Assembly (NCBI GenBank): GCA_963714155.1
Contig: OY970236.1
Location: forward strand, 1,028,028-1,092,027
Length of the DNA stretch: 64,000 nt
Reading direction: 5' to 3'
DNA from: an uncultured Solirubrobacterales bacterium
GTDB lineage: Bacteria; Actinomycetota; Thermoleophilia; Solirubrobacterales; 70-9
Under the pieces are notes generated by a model, which had not been told where the DNA came from, made no database searches, and worked only from the letters and a program-made list of their open reading frames with translations. The first letter of the stretch is position 1, and every line of letters begins with the position of its first letter. Shown piece by piece: positions 55,643 to 64,000 of the stretch. Both the position numbers and the translations under genes were made by a program.

Positions 55643-56239
55643 TTAAGCGAGATCCGGCACTGCGTCGGCGGCGATCAGTGCGCCCATGAGGACGCCGAGG
55701 AGCAGATCGCGCAGCTCGTCGCGCTCGATGTCGCGGTGCTCGACCCAGTTGAGACAGGCCCCGTCGATGAACCAGAGCCAGCCGCTGATCGCAGTTCGCG
55801 CCTTCGGCGGTGGCTCCTGCGCGTAGAGGGCCTCGAGGATCCGCTGCGCTGTCCTCAGGCGCACTTCTTCGATCAGCTCGCGGATCTCGGCGACGCCCGC
55901 GGCGCTTTGCATCAGGTTCTTGTAGGCGACCGCGTTTTCCGCGATCAGCGCAAGGAACGCATCGAGGCTGCCCTTCAGCTGCTCGACCGGGGGAAGGTCG
56001 GGCTCCGGTTCCGTCCGCTCCCGCAGCTGCTCCGCCCAGGCGCTCAGTGTCTCCTCGAAATAGGCCTGCTTGCTGGGGAAGTAGTGGTACAGCAGGGCCT
56101 TCGAGATCCCCACCTCGGCGGCGATCTTGCTCATCGAGAGCTTCTCGTAGGGGTGGCTGGTGAAGAGCTCAGCGCCTTTCTCCAGGAGCTGGCGGCGGCG
56201 CTCGTCGACGTCGAGGCGGCGGTAGGAGGGACGGCTCAC
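55643..56239 (-). CDS. TetR/AcrR family transcriptional regulator
   Basis: 198 aa. The HTH region is RRRQLLEKGAELFTSHPYEKLSMSKIAAEVGISKALLYHYFPSKQAYF. The start is GTG. Confidence 0.85.
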   Translation of the reverse strand: MSRPSYRRLDVDERRRQLLEKGAELFTSHPYEKLSMSKIAAEVGISKALLYHYFPSKQAYFEETLSAWAEQLRERTEPEPDLPPVEQLKGSLDAFLALIAENAVAYKNLMQSAAGVAEIRELIEEVRLRTAQRILEALYAQEPPPKARTAISGWLWFIDGACLNWVEHRDIERDELRDLLLGVLMGALIAADAVPDLA

Positions 56240-56332
56240 GCGCGGATTGTACCGCCTTGCTGACCGATGGTTGACAAGATTGCTACGGTTATCAACCGAC
56301 GGTCAACAAGCAATCCACAGAAGGGGAGACTG

Positions 56333-58030
56333 ATGCACAGCGAGAGACTCGACCAACCGGCGGGCAATGGGGAAAACCCCCCGCCCGCGCCTTCCAACCC
56401 AATGTCGCGAATCGAGTTCGAGCGCCTCTTCGGCGGTCGCGTTCTGGCCTGGATCGGTGGCTTCGCGACCCTTCTCGGCGTCGTCTTCCTGATGCGCAGC
56501 GCCGTGGACAGCGGCTGGTTCACAGAGGAGATTCGGACCCTGGCCGCAGCGTTCGGATCCTTGCTGCTCCTCGTCCTCGGCTTCTGGCTGCACGAAAGGA
56601 AGGGGCGCCTCGAGGTGGCCCGTATCGCGGTCGCCGTCGCGATTCCCGGCCTATTTGCCACAACCGTCGTCGCCGCCCAGGCCTACGACCTGATCTCGCC
56701 CGTCCTCGGCCTCGAGCTGGGGGCGCTGATCGGCGTCATCGGGGTGGCGATCGCGGTGCGCTGGTCCTCGATGCTCGTCGGCGGCGTCGGCATGCTCGGC
56801 GCCCTGGCCGCGCCGATGCTGGTCGGCACGACGGGCGAGGCCGGCTCGATCGCCTTCGTCGCCGTAGCGCTCGCCGCAAGCGTCGGTGTCCTTCTCTGGC
56901 AGCGCTGGAATTGGTTGTCGCTCGGCGCTTTCGCGGTCTCCGCTCCTCAGCTGATCTCCTGGCTCGACAAGAGTGGTTTCATCACCTTTGAGGGGCTTTC
57001 CAATCCCACCGAACCGTCCCTGCTGGTCCTTGCGGCCCTGGTGGGATTCTGGGTCCTCTACGCCGCTGCGGCTTTCGGCTACGAGTTGCGGGCTCGCGGC
57101 GAAGAGAAGCTCCCGATCTCCTCCTGGCTGCTGCTCCTCTGCAGCAGCGTGTTCGTGGTCGGCGCCGGCTGCATCGTCATCGGCGACGACTCGGCGCTCG
57201 CCCTGAACGCTTGGATCTTTGGCTTCGCCGCCGTCCATCTCCTGCTCGGGGGTGCCGCCATTCGCCTCGGCATCCATCGCGAAATCGGCTCGCTCCTGAC
57301 CGGAGGAGGGATCGCGCTCGGCAGCATCGGGCTCGCCAACGCCTTCGACGGACCCACCCTGGTTGCTGTCTGGTCGGCAATGGCCACGGCTCTGGCCTAC
57401 ATGGCGACGCGCGTGGACCGCAGTTCCGCGCCAACGCTCTCCGACGCGCAGCGGCTTCTGATCGGGGCGTTTGCGTTCCTCGCCCTGGGGATCGTGCACT
57501 TGCTGGTCGTCGAGGCACCGCCCTACGCGATCGTCGATGGGGTCGAGGATCTCGGCAGCTCCCTGGTCGCTATCGCCTGCTGCGCGGGTGCAGCGCTCGC
57601 CTGCTGGTACTGGGGTCGCCAGATCGAACCGAAGACCGCAACCGCGGCGGGCTTCGTCGGCGCCACCGGGTTCGTCTACCTCGGCTCGGTTCTGATCATC
57701 GACGCGATCGGCGCCAACGACGGCGGCGAAGCGCGCGAGATCGGCCAGGCCTGGCTCTCGGCCTTCTGGGCCGCTACCGGCCTCGGCGCGGTCGTCTGGG
57801 GCATGCTGCGCAAGTCGCCGAAAACCCGCCTTGGTGGTCTGGCGCTGCTGACGGTTGCGATCGCCAAGGTCTGGACTTACGACCTTGCCGAGCTGGAAGA
57901 GCTGGCGCGGGCGCTCTCCTTCGTCGCCCTGGGCCTGTTGCTGTTGGCCGGCGCCTTCGCCTACCAGCGCTTCAAGCCGGAGGAAGGCGAAGGAGAGGCC
58001 GAAGCGCCGGAGCCCCAGGCATCTCTATAG
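56333..58030 (+). CDS. DUF2339 family polytopic membrane protein
   Basis: The ATG at 56333 is preceded by aaggggag; the track start at 56267 is less likely. FERLFGGRVLAWIGGFATLLGVVFLMRSAVDSGWF is followed by about 16 hydrophobic segments. Confidence 0.7.
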   Translation: MHSERLDQPAGNGENPPPAPSNPMSRIEFERLFGGRVLAWIGGFATLLGVVFLMRSAVDSGWFTEEIRTLAAAFGSLLLLVLGFWLHERKGRLEVARIAVAVAIPGLFATTVVAAQAYDLISPVLGLELGALIGVIGVAIAVRWSSMLVGGVGMLGALAAPMLVGTTGEAGSIAFVAVALAASVGVLLWQRWNWLSLGAFAVSAPQLISWLDKSGFITFEGLSNPTEPSLLVLAALVGFWVLYAAAAFGYELRARGEEKLPISSWLLLLCSSVFVVGAGCIVIGDDSALALNAWIFGFAAVHLLLGGAAIRLGIHREIGSLLTGGGIALGSIGLANAFDGPTLVAVWSAMATALAYMATRVDRSSAPTLSDAQRLLIGAFAFLALGIVHLLVVEAPPYAIVDGVEDLGSSLVAIACCAGAALACWYWGRQIEPKTATAAGFVGATGFVYLGSVLIIDAIGANDGGEAREIGQAWLSAFWAATGLGAVVWGMLRKSPKTRLGGLALLTVAIAKVWTYDLAELEELARALSFVALGLLLLAGAFAYQRFKPEEGEGEAEAPEPQASL

Positions 58031-58091
58031 CCTGGGGCCCCGGCGGTCCCACCCGCACGAACAAGCCAAAAACTCGGAGGAAGCCAGTCAA

Positions 58092-60092
58092 ATGTTCGTA
58101 TCGAAGGCCGCCGTCGTCGGCGGCGGCACCATGGGCGGTGAGATCGCCCAGGCGATCGCCGCGGCCGACATTCCCGTCGTCGTCAAGGACATCGACCAGA
58201 AGTTCGTCGACGCCGCGGTTGAGAAGGCACGCGCCGTCACCGAGGGCCAGCTCGCCCGCCTGGTCAAGAAGGAGAAGCTGACCCAGGAGCAGGCCGATGC
58301 CCGCCTCGCCGAGGTGATGGGCCTCGTCACCGGCACCACGACCTACGAGGAGTTCGGCGATGTCGACTTCGTGATCGAGGCGGTGCCGGAGCGGATGGAG
58401 ATCAAGCAAGCGGTCTTCCGCGAGCTCGACGCCGTCACTCCCGGCCACGCGATCCTCTCCTCCAACACCTCGTCGCTCTCGATCACCGAGATGGGCGAAA
58501 CGACCCTGCGCCCCGACAAGGTCGTCGGCTTCCACTTCTTCTATCCGGCCTCGGTGATGCCGCTGGTCGAGGTGATCGCCGGCGAGGACACCTCCGAGGA
58601 GACCGCCACCGTCGCCTACAACTTCGCCCAGGCGATCAAGAAGCAGCCGATCGTCTGCGGCGAGGTGCCCGGCTTCGTCGTCAACCGCATCCTGATGGCG
58701 ACGATTGGCGAGATCTGGCGGGTTCAAGAGGAGAAAGGTCTCTCGTTGAAGGCAATCGACGAGGCGATCGCCGCTGCCCAGGTGGCGCCGATGGGCCCCT
58801 TCTTCCTCACCGACCTGCTCGGCCTCGACACCGTGCTGCACGTCGCCGAGCATCTCGCCGAGTCCTACGGCGAGACCTTCTACGTCCACAAGGGTCTGCA
58901 GCAGCTGGTCGCCGATGGCAAGCTCGGGGCCAAGTCCGGCGGCGAGGGGTTCTTCAAGGAGGGTGAGCAGAACATTCCCGGCGATGCCGAGCCGGACGCC
59001 GAGGAGCTGGTTGCGCTCTTCACCTGCCGCGCCCTGATCGAGTCCTGCCTGCTGGTCGAGGAGGGCGTCTGCTCGGTCCGCGATATCGACCTCGGGATGA
59101 TGGCCGGCGCCGGCCTCGACCCGCGCCGCGGACTCCTGCCGCCGTTCTGGAAAGCCGACATCGAGGGCCTCGACGTCGTGCTCGAGCGGATGGAGGGCTT
59201 GCAGGAGCGCCACGGGGATCGCTTTGCCCCGCCGCTCTTGTTGCGGCGCCTGGTTGCCCAGGGTCGCTTCGGGATGAAGTCCGGCCAGGGCTTTTACCCC
59301 TACCCCCAGCCCGATGAGGGCGATCAGGCCGAGACGGTCAAGCTGGAGACGCGCGGCGATGTCGCGATCGCCTGGCTCGCCAACGCGCCGATGAACGCGG
59401 TCTCGCCGGACGTGATCCGCGACCTGAAGATCGTCTGGGAGCGGATCAAGGCGGCCGACGGCGTGGGAGCGATGGTGATCGCCTCCTCGGTCCCTGTCGT
59501 CTTCTCCGCCGGTGCCGACATCAAGGCCTTCACCCAGATGGACGAGGGTGGCGGCGAGGAGCTGATCAACACCGCCCACGCGCTGCTGCACGACTTCGGT
59601 CAGGCCCCGGTGGCGACGATCGCCGCCGTCAACGCGATCGCCTTCGGTGGCGGCTGCGAGGTGGCGATGGCCTGCGACGTGCGGATCGGGGCCGAGGCCG
59701 CGGTCTTCGGCCAGCCCGAGATCAAGCTCGGGATCATCCCCGGCTTCGGCGGCACCCAGCGCCTGCCCCGCCTGGTCGGGCCCAACAAGGCGCTGGAGAT
59801 GAACCTGATCGGCGACGCGATCCTCGCCGGTGAGGCGCTGGAAGCGGGCCTCGTCAACCGCGTCGTCCCCGACCACGAGCTGTTTGAGACGGCGCTGATG
59901 TGGGGCCGCAAGTTGGCCGCCCAGGCGCCGCTGGCCCTGGGGCAGATCAAGCGCGTCTCGGGCGCTGGCGACCTGGACGATGGAATCGAGGCCGAGAAGC
60001 AGGGCTTCGCCGCCGCCTTCCGCAGCGAGGACGCCAAGGAGGGCATCGGCGCCTTCCTCGGCAAGCGCACGCCGAAGTGGAGCGGCAAGTAG
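58092..60092 (+). CDS. Fused 3-hydroxyacyl-CoA dehydrogenase (N-terminal) / enoyl-CoA hydratase (C-terminal)
   Basis: The ATG at 58092 is preceded by ggagga. The track start at 57855 overlaps the upstream gene. The NAD site is AAVVGGGTMGGEIA and the crotonase core is AAVNAIAFGGGCEVAMACDVRIG. Confidence 0.9.
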   Translation: MFVSKAAVVGGGTMGGEIAQAIAAADIPVVVKDIDQKFVDAAVEKARAVTEGQLARLVKKEKLTQEQADARLAEVMGLVTGTTTYEEFGDVDFVIEAVPERMEIKQAVFRELDAVTPGHAILSSNTSSLSITEMGETTLRPDKVVGFHFFYPASVMPLVEVIAGEDTSEETATVAYNFAQAIKKQPIVCGEVPGFVVNRILMATIGEIWRVQEEKGLSLKAIDEAIAAAQVAPMGPFFLTDLLGLDTVLHVAEHLAESYGETFYVHKGLQQLVADGKLGAKSGGEGFFKEGEQNIPGDAEPDAEELVALFTCRALIESCLLVEEGVCSVRDIDLGMMAGAGLDPRRGLLPPFWKADIEGLDVVLERMEGLQERHGDRFAPPLLLRRLVAQGRFGMKSGQGFYPYPQPDEGDQAETVKLETRGDVAIAWLANAPMNAVSPDVIRDLKIVWERIKAADGVGAMVIASSVPVVFSAGADIKAFTQMDEGGGEELINTAHALLHDFGQAPVATIAAVNAIAFGGGCEVAMACDVRIGAEAAVFGQPEIKLGIIPGFGGTQRLPRLVGPNKALEMNLIGDAILAGEALEAGLVNRVVPDHELFETALMWGRKLAAQAPLALGQIKRVSGAGDLDDGIEAEKQGFAAAFRSEDAKEGIGAFLGKRTPKWSGK

Positions 60093-60109
60093 ATATTGCG
60101 GCAGGCGGG

Positions 60110-60853
60110 GTGACGGACGTCGAGCGACTGGCGGAGCTGGTCCGCCAGTCGCGCTCGACCGTCGCCCTGACCGGGGCCGGGGTCTCGGTTCCCTCCGGGA
60201 TCCCCGACTTCCGCACGCCCGAGACGGGCCTCTGGGCGAACGTCGACCCGATGGAGGTCGCCCACATCGACGTCTTCGAGCGCGATCCGGCGCGCTTCTG
60301 GTCCTATTACCGGCCGCGCTTTCAGTCGCTGGGCGACAAGCGACCGAACGGCGCCCACGAGGCGCTCGCCGAGCTCGAGCGACAGGGACTGATCGAGGGT
60401 GTGATCACGCAGAACATCGACCGGCTGCACGGCGCCGCCGGCTCGCAGGACGTGGTCGAGGTACATGGCTCGATCGCGACCTCCTCGTGCAGGAGCTGCG
60501 AGGCGTCCTATGGCCTCGACGAGATGGACGCGCTCTTCGATGCCGACGGCGTCGCCTTCTGCGCCAGCTGCACCGGCCCGGTCAAGCCCGATGTCGTGCT
60601 CTTCGGCGAGATGCTCCCCGAGGCCGCGATGAGGCGTGCGCAGGAACTTGCCGAGGGCGCCGAGCTGTTGATCTGCGCCGGCTCGTCGCTCGCCGTCTAC
60701 CCGGTCGCGAGCCTCCCCGCGCTCACCCTCGAACGGGGCGGCAAGCTGGCGATCATCACCAAGGGGCCAACCCCATATGACACCGAGGCTGCGTTGAAGC
60801 TGGAGGGCGAGATCGACGCCGAGCTCGGGGCGCTGCTGCTGGCGCTGGCCTGA
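60110..60853 (+). CDS. NAD-dependent protein deacylase (Sir2/CobB family sirtuin)
   Basis: I chose the GTG at 60110. GAGVSVPSGIPDFR, TQNIDRLH, VEVHGS and the Zn ribbon CRSC...CASC are all present. Confidence 0.9.
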   Translation: MTDVERLAELVRQSRSTVALTGAGVSVPSGIPDFRTPETGLWANVDPMEVAHIDVFERDPARFWSYYRPRFQSLGDKRPNGAHEALAELERQGLIEGVITQNIDRLHGAAGSQDVVEVHGSIATSSCRSCEASYGLDEMDALFDADGVAFCASCTGPVKPDVVLFGEMLPEAAMRRAQELAEGAELLICAGSSLAVYPVASLPALTLERGGKLAIITKGPTPYDTEAALKLEGEIDAELGALLLALA

Positions 60854-60866
60854 TCGACGGCCCGGA

Positions 60867-61556
60867 ATGGCCGCGTCGAACAGACATATGCTCACCGCGA
60901 TGGAGACGCCCCTGCCCGCCGCCGTGGTCTTCGACAACGACGGTCTCCTGCTCGACACCGAGTCGGTCTGGACCCGCGCCGAGGAAGACCTCTTCGAGCG
61001 CCGCGGTCTTGCCTTCACTCCCCAGCACAAGCACGAGCTGGTCGGCACCTCGGCTGAGATCGCCGGTGGCATCCTCGAGCGGCGCCTGGGCGAGCCCGGC
61101 CGCGCGCCCGAGCTGATCGAGGAGCTCAACGAGCTGGTCGTCGCCGAGCTCGAGCACGGGGTGGAGGCGATGATTGGCGCCGCCGAGCTGCTGCACCAGC
61201 TGAAGCAGCGAGGCACCCCGATCGGCCTCGTCTCCAACTCTCCGCTCGTCTTCGTTCAGCGCTCGCTGGAGATCGTCGGCTTCAGCGACCACTTCGACGT
61301 CGTTCTCAGCGCCCACGAAGTGGCGGCGCCGAAGCCAGCGCCCGACCCTTATCTGGAGGCCTGCCGCCGTCTCGGCGTTGAGCCTGGCCCGTCGGTGATC
61401 GCGCTGGAGGACTCGCCGACCGGAGTGGCCGCGGCGCGGGCGGCGGGGCTGACGGTAATTGGTGTGCCGTCGCTGGAAGGCATCGCTCTGGATGAGGCCC
61501 ACGAGATCGCCGAGTCACTGCTCGACGCCGTGGTCTCGCGCCACCTGGCGCTCTAA
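60867..61556 (+). CDS. HAD-superfamily hydrolase (beta-phosphoglucomutase-like subfamily IA)
   Basis: Motif I is VVFDNDGLLLDTE, motif II is LVSNS, and motifs III/IV are KPAPDPYL plus IALEDSPTGVAAARAAG. Confidence 0.85.
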   Translation: MAASNRHMLTAMETPLPAAVVFDNDGLLLDTESVWTRAEEDLFERRGLAFTPQHKHELVGTSAEIAGGILERRLGEPGRAPELIEELNELVVAELEHGVEAMIGAAELLHQLKQRGTPIGLVSNSPLVFVQRSLEIVGFSDHFDVVLSAHEVAAPKPAPDPYLEACRRLGVEPGPSVIALEDSPTGVAAARAAGLTVIGVPSLEGIALDEAHEIAESLLDAVVSRHLAL

Positions 61557-61561
61557 GCGGG

Positions 61562-62431
61562 TCAGCCGCCGAGAACGCGGCGGCGGCGGAGCACGCGCTC
61601 GGAGAGGCCGAGAAGCTCGCCGAGTGATCGGAGCTGCTCGGGGCTGAGGTCTCCCCGCAGGGCGGCGTTGGCAAGCTCTCCGGCCTCATGGCGACGACTC
61701 TCGAGCGCCGCCAAGTCCTCCTCGTGGTCGGGATCGCTGAGTGCTCCCTTCAGCTCGACCAGGAGCGCCTCCAGGCCCACCCGCAGTTGCAGCGCGGCCT
61801 CGCGCTCGCGCTTGCCATCGAGGTCGGCGCGGGCGCGGAGGAGAAGGGTCTCGCAGGCGTCCAGTTGCTCGCGGCCGCCAAGCACCGCTGCCAGCCGCTG
61901 CTGGGGTCGCAGCTCTTCATCGCGCTGGCGACGGCGTGAGATCGGACCGAGGCCGGGGTCCACCTGGTGCGCAGCGCTGTAGGCACCGTCGGCCAGGGCC
62001 TCGCCGTTGCCGTAACCGATCCGAATTGCGACTGCTCGCGCTGGCGTCACGGTTTGGGGGTATGGGTCGCCGCTGGCGACGGCCTGGACGTGCAGGGTCC
62101 GGTTGAGCTCGGCGATTCCCTGCTCGACCAGTTGATCGATCGTCCCCTCGTCGGCGCCGCTCCCCTGCAGCCAGGCAGCGGCGCCCTGCTCGTCGTCGAA
62201 CTCGTTGAAGGCGAGGACAACCGTTGCCCGCGCGACCGGTAGCTCGGGTGGCGGCTCTCCGACCTCGGCGTCGCGCGGCCGCCGCCGCCGTCGCCGAGCC
62301 GGGGGCGCTGCGCCGAGTGTCTCGACGACCAGCACCTGCTCGCGCTCCCCGTCGCGCAACAGGTAGCGACCATCGGCCACGGCTAGTGCACCGGCGAGGT
62401 CGAACTGGATGAATCCGAAGAGGCGGGTCAA
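61562..62431 (-). CDS. Hypothetical protein (Arg-rich linker, helical C-terminal half)
   Basis: The track ORF extends to 62560, inside the upstream gene. The TTG at 62431 (LTRLFGFIQFDL...) or the GTG at 62479 are plausible starts. No family recognised. Confidence 0.4.
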   Translation of the reverse strand: MTRLFGFIQFDLAGALAVADGRYLLRDGEREQVLVVETLGAAPPARRRRRRPRDAEVGEPPPELPVARATVVLAFNEFDDEQGAAAWLQGSGADEGTIDQLVEQGIAELNRTLHVQAVASGDPYPQTVTPARAVAIRIGYGNGEALADGAYSAAHQVDPGLGPISRRRQRDEELRPQQRLAAVLGGREQLDACETLLLRARADLDGKREREAALQLRVGLEALLVELKGALSDPDHEEDLAALESRRHEAGELANAALRGDLSPEQLRSLGELLGLSERVLRRRRVLGG

Positions 62432-62453
62432 AGACCCAATTCTGCTCGCTGGC

Positions 62454-64000
62454 TCAGTCGCCGGCGCTTGGCTGGTGACCGGCGCCGTCCTTGCCCTGGT
62501 TGTCGGGCAGCGAGTACGGCGATGGCGTTGGCGACACCCGGGGATTGTCGATCTCACCAAGGCGGTTGGTCAGCCGCTGCCACTGATCTGGTTTGAGCAG
62601 CGCGTTGAACTGTTGGTCGAACGGGCCGCTGAGCGGGTGGTAGCCGACGTGCACGTGGTCGTAGTGGTCGGCCAGGGCGAAGCTGGTTTCACCGGGCAGG
62701 TCCTCGAGCGAGATCACCTGGTGAGGGTGCATCGTGCCCTGCAGCTGCAGCACCGTGCGGATCAGCTCATCGGTGAGCGTGCCGGGGCCCTGGTGACCGG
62801 TCACCGGAACCCCATTGATGACCGGGATGTCGACCGCGTCGCCGGTCGAGTGCTCGGAGACGTAGCCGGAGGCACTCATGATGCTGTGGCCGCACCTGAG
62901 CGAGGTGACCGTCAGTTTGTAGCCCTTCGAGACCAGGTACTCGAGCATCGCCAGCACACGCCGGTCGATCTGGCCCGTAGCAATGTCTTCGCGGCCGCAT
63001 TCGTAGATTTCGAGCGATTGATCGGCGAGTACCCGCTTCTGCAGCTCCTCCTTGGAGAGCAGCAGGACGCCGGCGCCGCTGAGGTCCTGGGCGAGCGGGT
63101 TCTTGCCGTTAGCCCGGTAGATCGCCGTCGCCTCGAGCAGCTTCCAGCCATCGAGGATCGGCTTCGGATCGATCTCGGGCGCCCCGCGGCCGGCGGGTCG
63201 GATCGAGAAGTTGACGTGGGGGTCGACCCCGTCTTCGGAAGAGCCGATTCGAGCCAGCACGGTGCCAGCTATAACCTTCGACCCGACCCTTAGGGTTCCG
63301 TCTTCGACCGTGGTCGGGCTGTCGACTTCCGGCGCTTCGTCGTCTTCGGCGGCCTTTGCTCGCGCCGGCAGCGCCCGCAGCCTGGGGCGCAGGTTCTCGC
63401 TGTCAACCGGCAGGCGCCGCTCCTTGCCGGTCGGCATCACGACCGAGCGGTGATCGCGCACGATCTGGCCGAGCTCGGCGTAGGTGTAGCGGTTGCCGTA
63501 GGCGTCTTGCAGGACGACGTACTTGCCGAGCCGGGGGGTACTGCCGAGCTTCTCGATCACCCCGTCGTTGACGGCAACGACGGGGGCATCCTCACTGGCG
63601 AAGATGTTGATTCCGCGCCGAGTGGGCGAGGAGGCGATCACTTTTGATGCGTCGCCGTATGCCTCTTCGGCGCCGGGTGCCGAACGCTTCAGCGCCTCGC
63701 GGGCGGAGAGATCGTCGGCGTAGCTGGCGTCGGCGGCAACCGGGAAGTGGGCGCCCTCGGTGAGGCCGGTCAGCGAGCCGACCAGGTCAGACGGCAGCTT
63801 GCCGTAAGCGCGGGCGTAGCCGAGCACCTCCTGCACGTACCAATCGGCGTGGTTGTAGGAGTAGATCGCGTTGTAGAGGTCGCCCGAGCCGCCGCCCAGC
63901 TTCAAGTAGTGGGCAGCGGAGCAAATCGCGTCGACCGGGTTGTAGGGGTCCTTCTTGCCGTCTCCGTTGGCGTCGAGGCCAAACGCTTCCCAGCTGGAGG
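62454..64000 (-). CDS. Multidomain peptidoglycan hydrolase: lytic transglycosylase (SLT-like) + degenerate LytM/M23 + LAS-type (M15/VanY-like) domain; the N-terminus lies beyond the right edge
   Basis: The reading frame is open to base 64000 (…SWEAFGLDANGDGKKDPYNPVDAICSAAHYLKLGG, an SLT-type end). The M23-like core (about 63195-63617) lacks the HxxxD/HxH metal ligands (VVLQDAYGNRYTYAELG, DPHVNFSIRP). The C-terminal domain (about 62640-62993) has SEHSTGDAVDI and DHVHVGY (Hx3D ... HxH). Confidence 0.75.
   Translation of the reverse strand, partial: SSWEAFGLDANGDGKKDPYNPVDAICSAAHYLKLGGGSGDLYNAIYSYNHADWYVQEVLGYARAYGKLPSDLVGSLTGLTEGAHFPVAADASYADDLSAREALKRSAPGAEEAYGDASKVIASSPTRRGINIFASEDAPVVAVNDGVIEKLGSTPRLGKYVVLQDAYGNRYTYAELGQIVRDHRSVVMPTGKERRLPVDSENLRPRLRALPARAKAAEDDEAPEVDSPTTVEDGTLRVGSKVIAGTVLARIGSSEDGVDPHVNFSIRPAGRGAPEIDPKPILDGWKLLEATAIYRANGKNPLAQDLSGAGVLLLSKEELQKRVLADQSLEIYECGREDIATGQIDRRVLAMLEYLVSKGYKLTVTSLRCGHSIMSASGYVSEHSTGDAVDIPVINGVPVTGHQGPGTLTDELIRTVLQLQGTMHPHQVISLEDLPGETSFALADHYDHVHVGYHPLSGPFDQQFNALLKPDQWQRLTNRLGEIDNPRVSPTPSPYSLPDNQGKDGAGHQPSAGD

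Noticed and set aside
60110-60853. Sir2-domain protein as a possible Thoeris or other SIR2-based defence effector
   Set aside because: It has the canonical sirtuin motifs plus a four-Cys zinc ribbon and a normal size of about 247 aa. It has no partner TIR, SLOG or helicase gene, and it sits among fatty-acid and HAD housekeeping genes.

Overview
Gene-dense, very G+C-rich segment (judged by eye, not computed) with the look of an actinobacterial chromosome, possibly Thermoleophilia or Rubrobacteria-like; that placement is inference only. I support about 60 protein-coding genes on both strands. Many use GTG or TTG starts, and many junctions overlap by 1-4 nt. I found no rRNA, tRNA, CRISPR array, transposase, integrase or phage gene. 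Most of the content is housekeeping or ordinary accessory metabolism: metH, typA, csp, rlmN, glnN (type III GS), recD2, bcp, acyl-CoA dehydrogenase, a FadB-like fusion, a sirtuin, P450, TetR regulators and ABC transporters. The many long ORFs in the track that lie antisense to these genes are high-GC artefacts.

The observations most worth a second look are:
1. A six-gene, translationally coupled operon (6884-13334) that joins an MlaE/MlaE/MlaF (YrbE/Mkl) ABC core to an RND/MMPL-type exporter, a TlpA-like protein with a degenerate active site and a B3/B4-domain protein. No MCE/MlaD protein is encoded anywhere in the window.
2. A serine-palmitoyltransferase-like alpha-oxoamine synthase divergently paired with a 380-aa GNAT-type acyltransferase (14915-17342).
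3. A visibly lower-GC two-gene toxin-antitoxin-like cassette (25065-25630).
4. A short secreted collagen-like protein (51999-52607).
5. A metallophosphoesterase split by a frameshift (50697-51934).
6. A 26-bp perfect inverted repeat with a nested hairpin directly upstream of metH (3148-3249).
7. A three-domain peptidoglycan hydrolase with a degenerate LytM module (62454 to the window edge).

All family calls rest on motifs I recognise by eye and from memory. No database search, HMM scan or RNA folding was run. I cannot show that any of these is truly undescribed.
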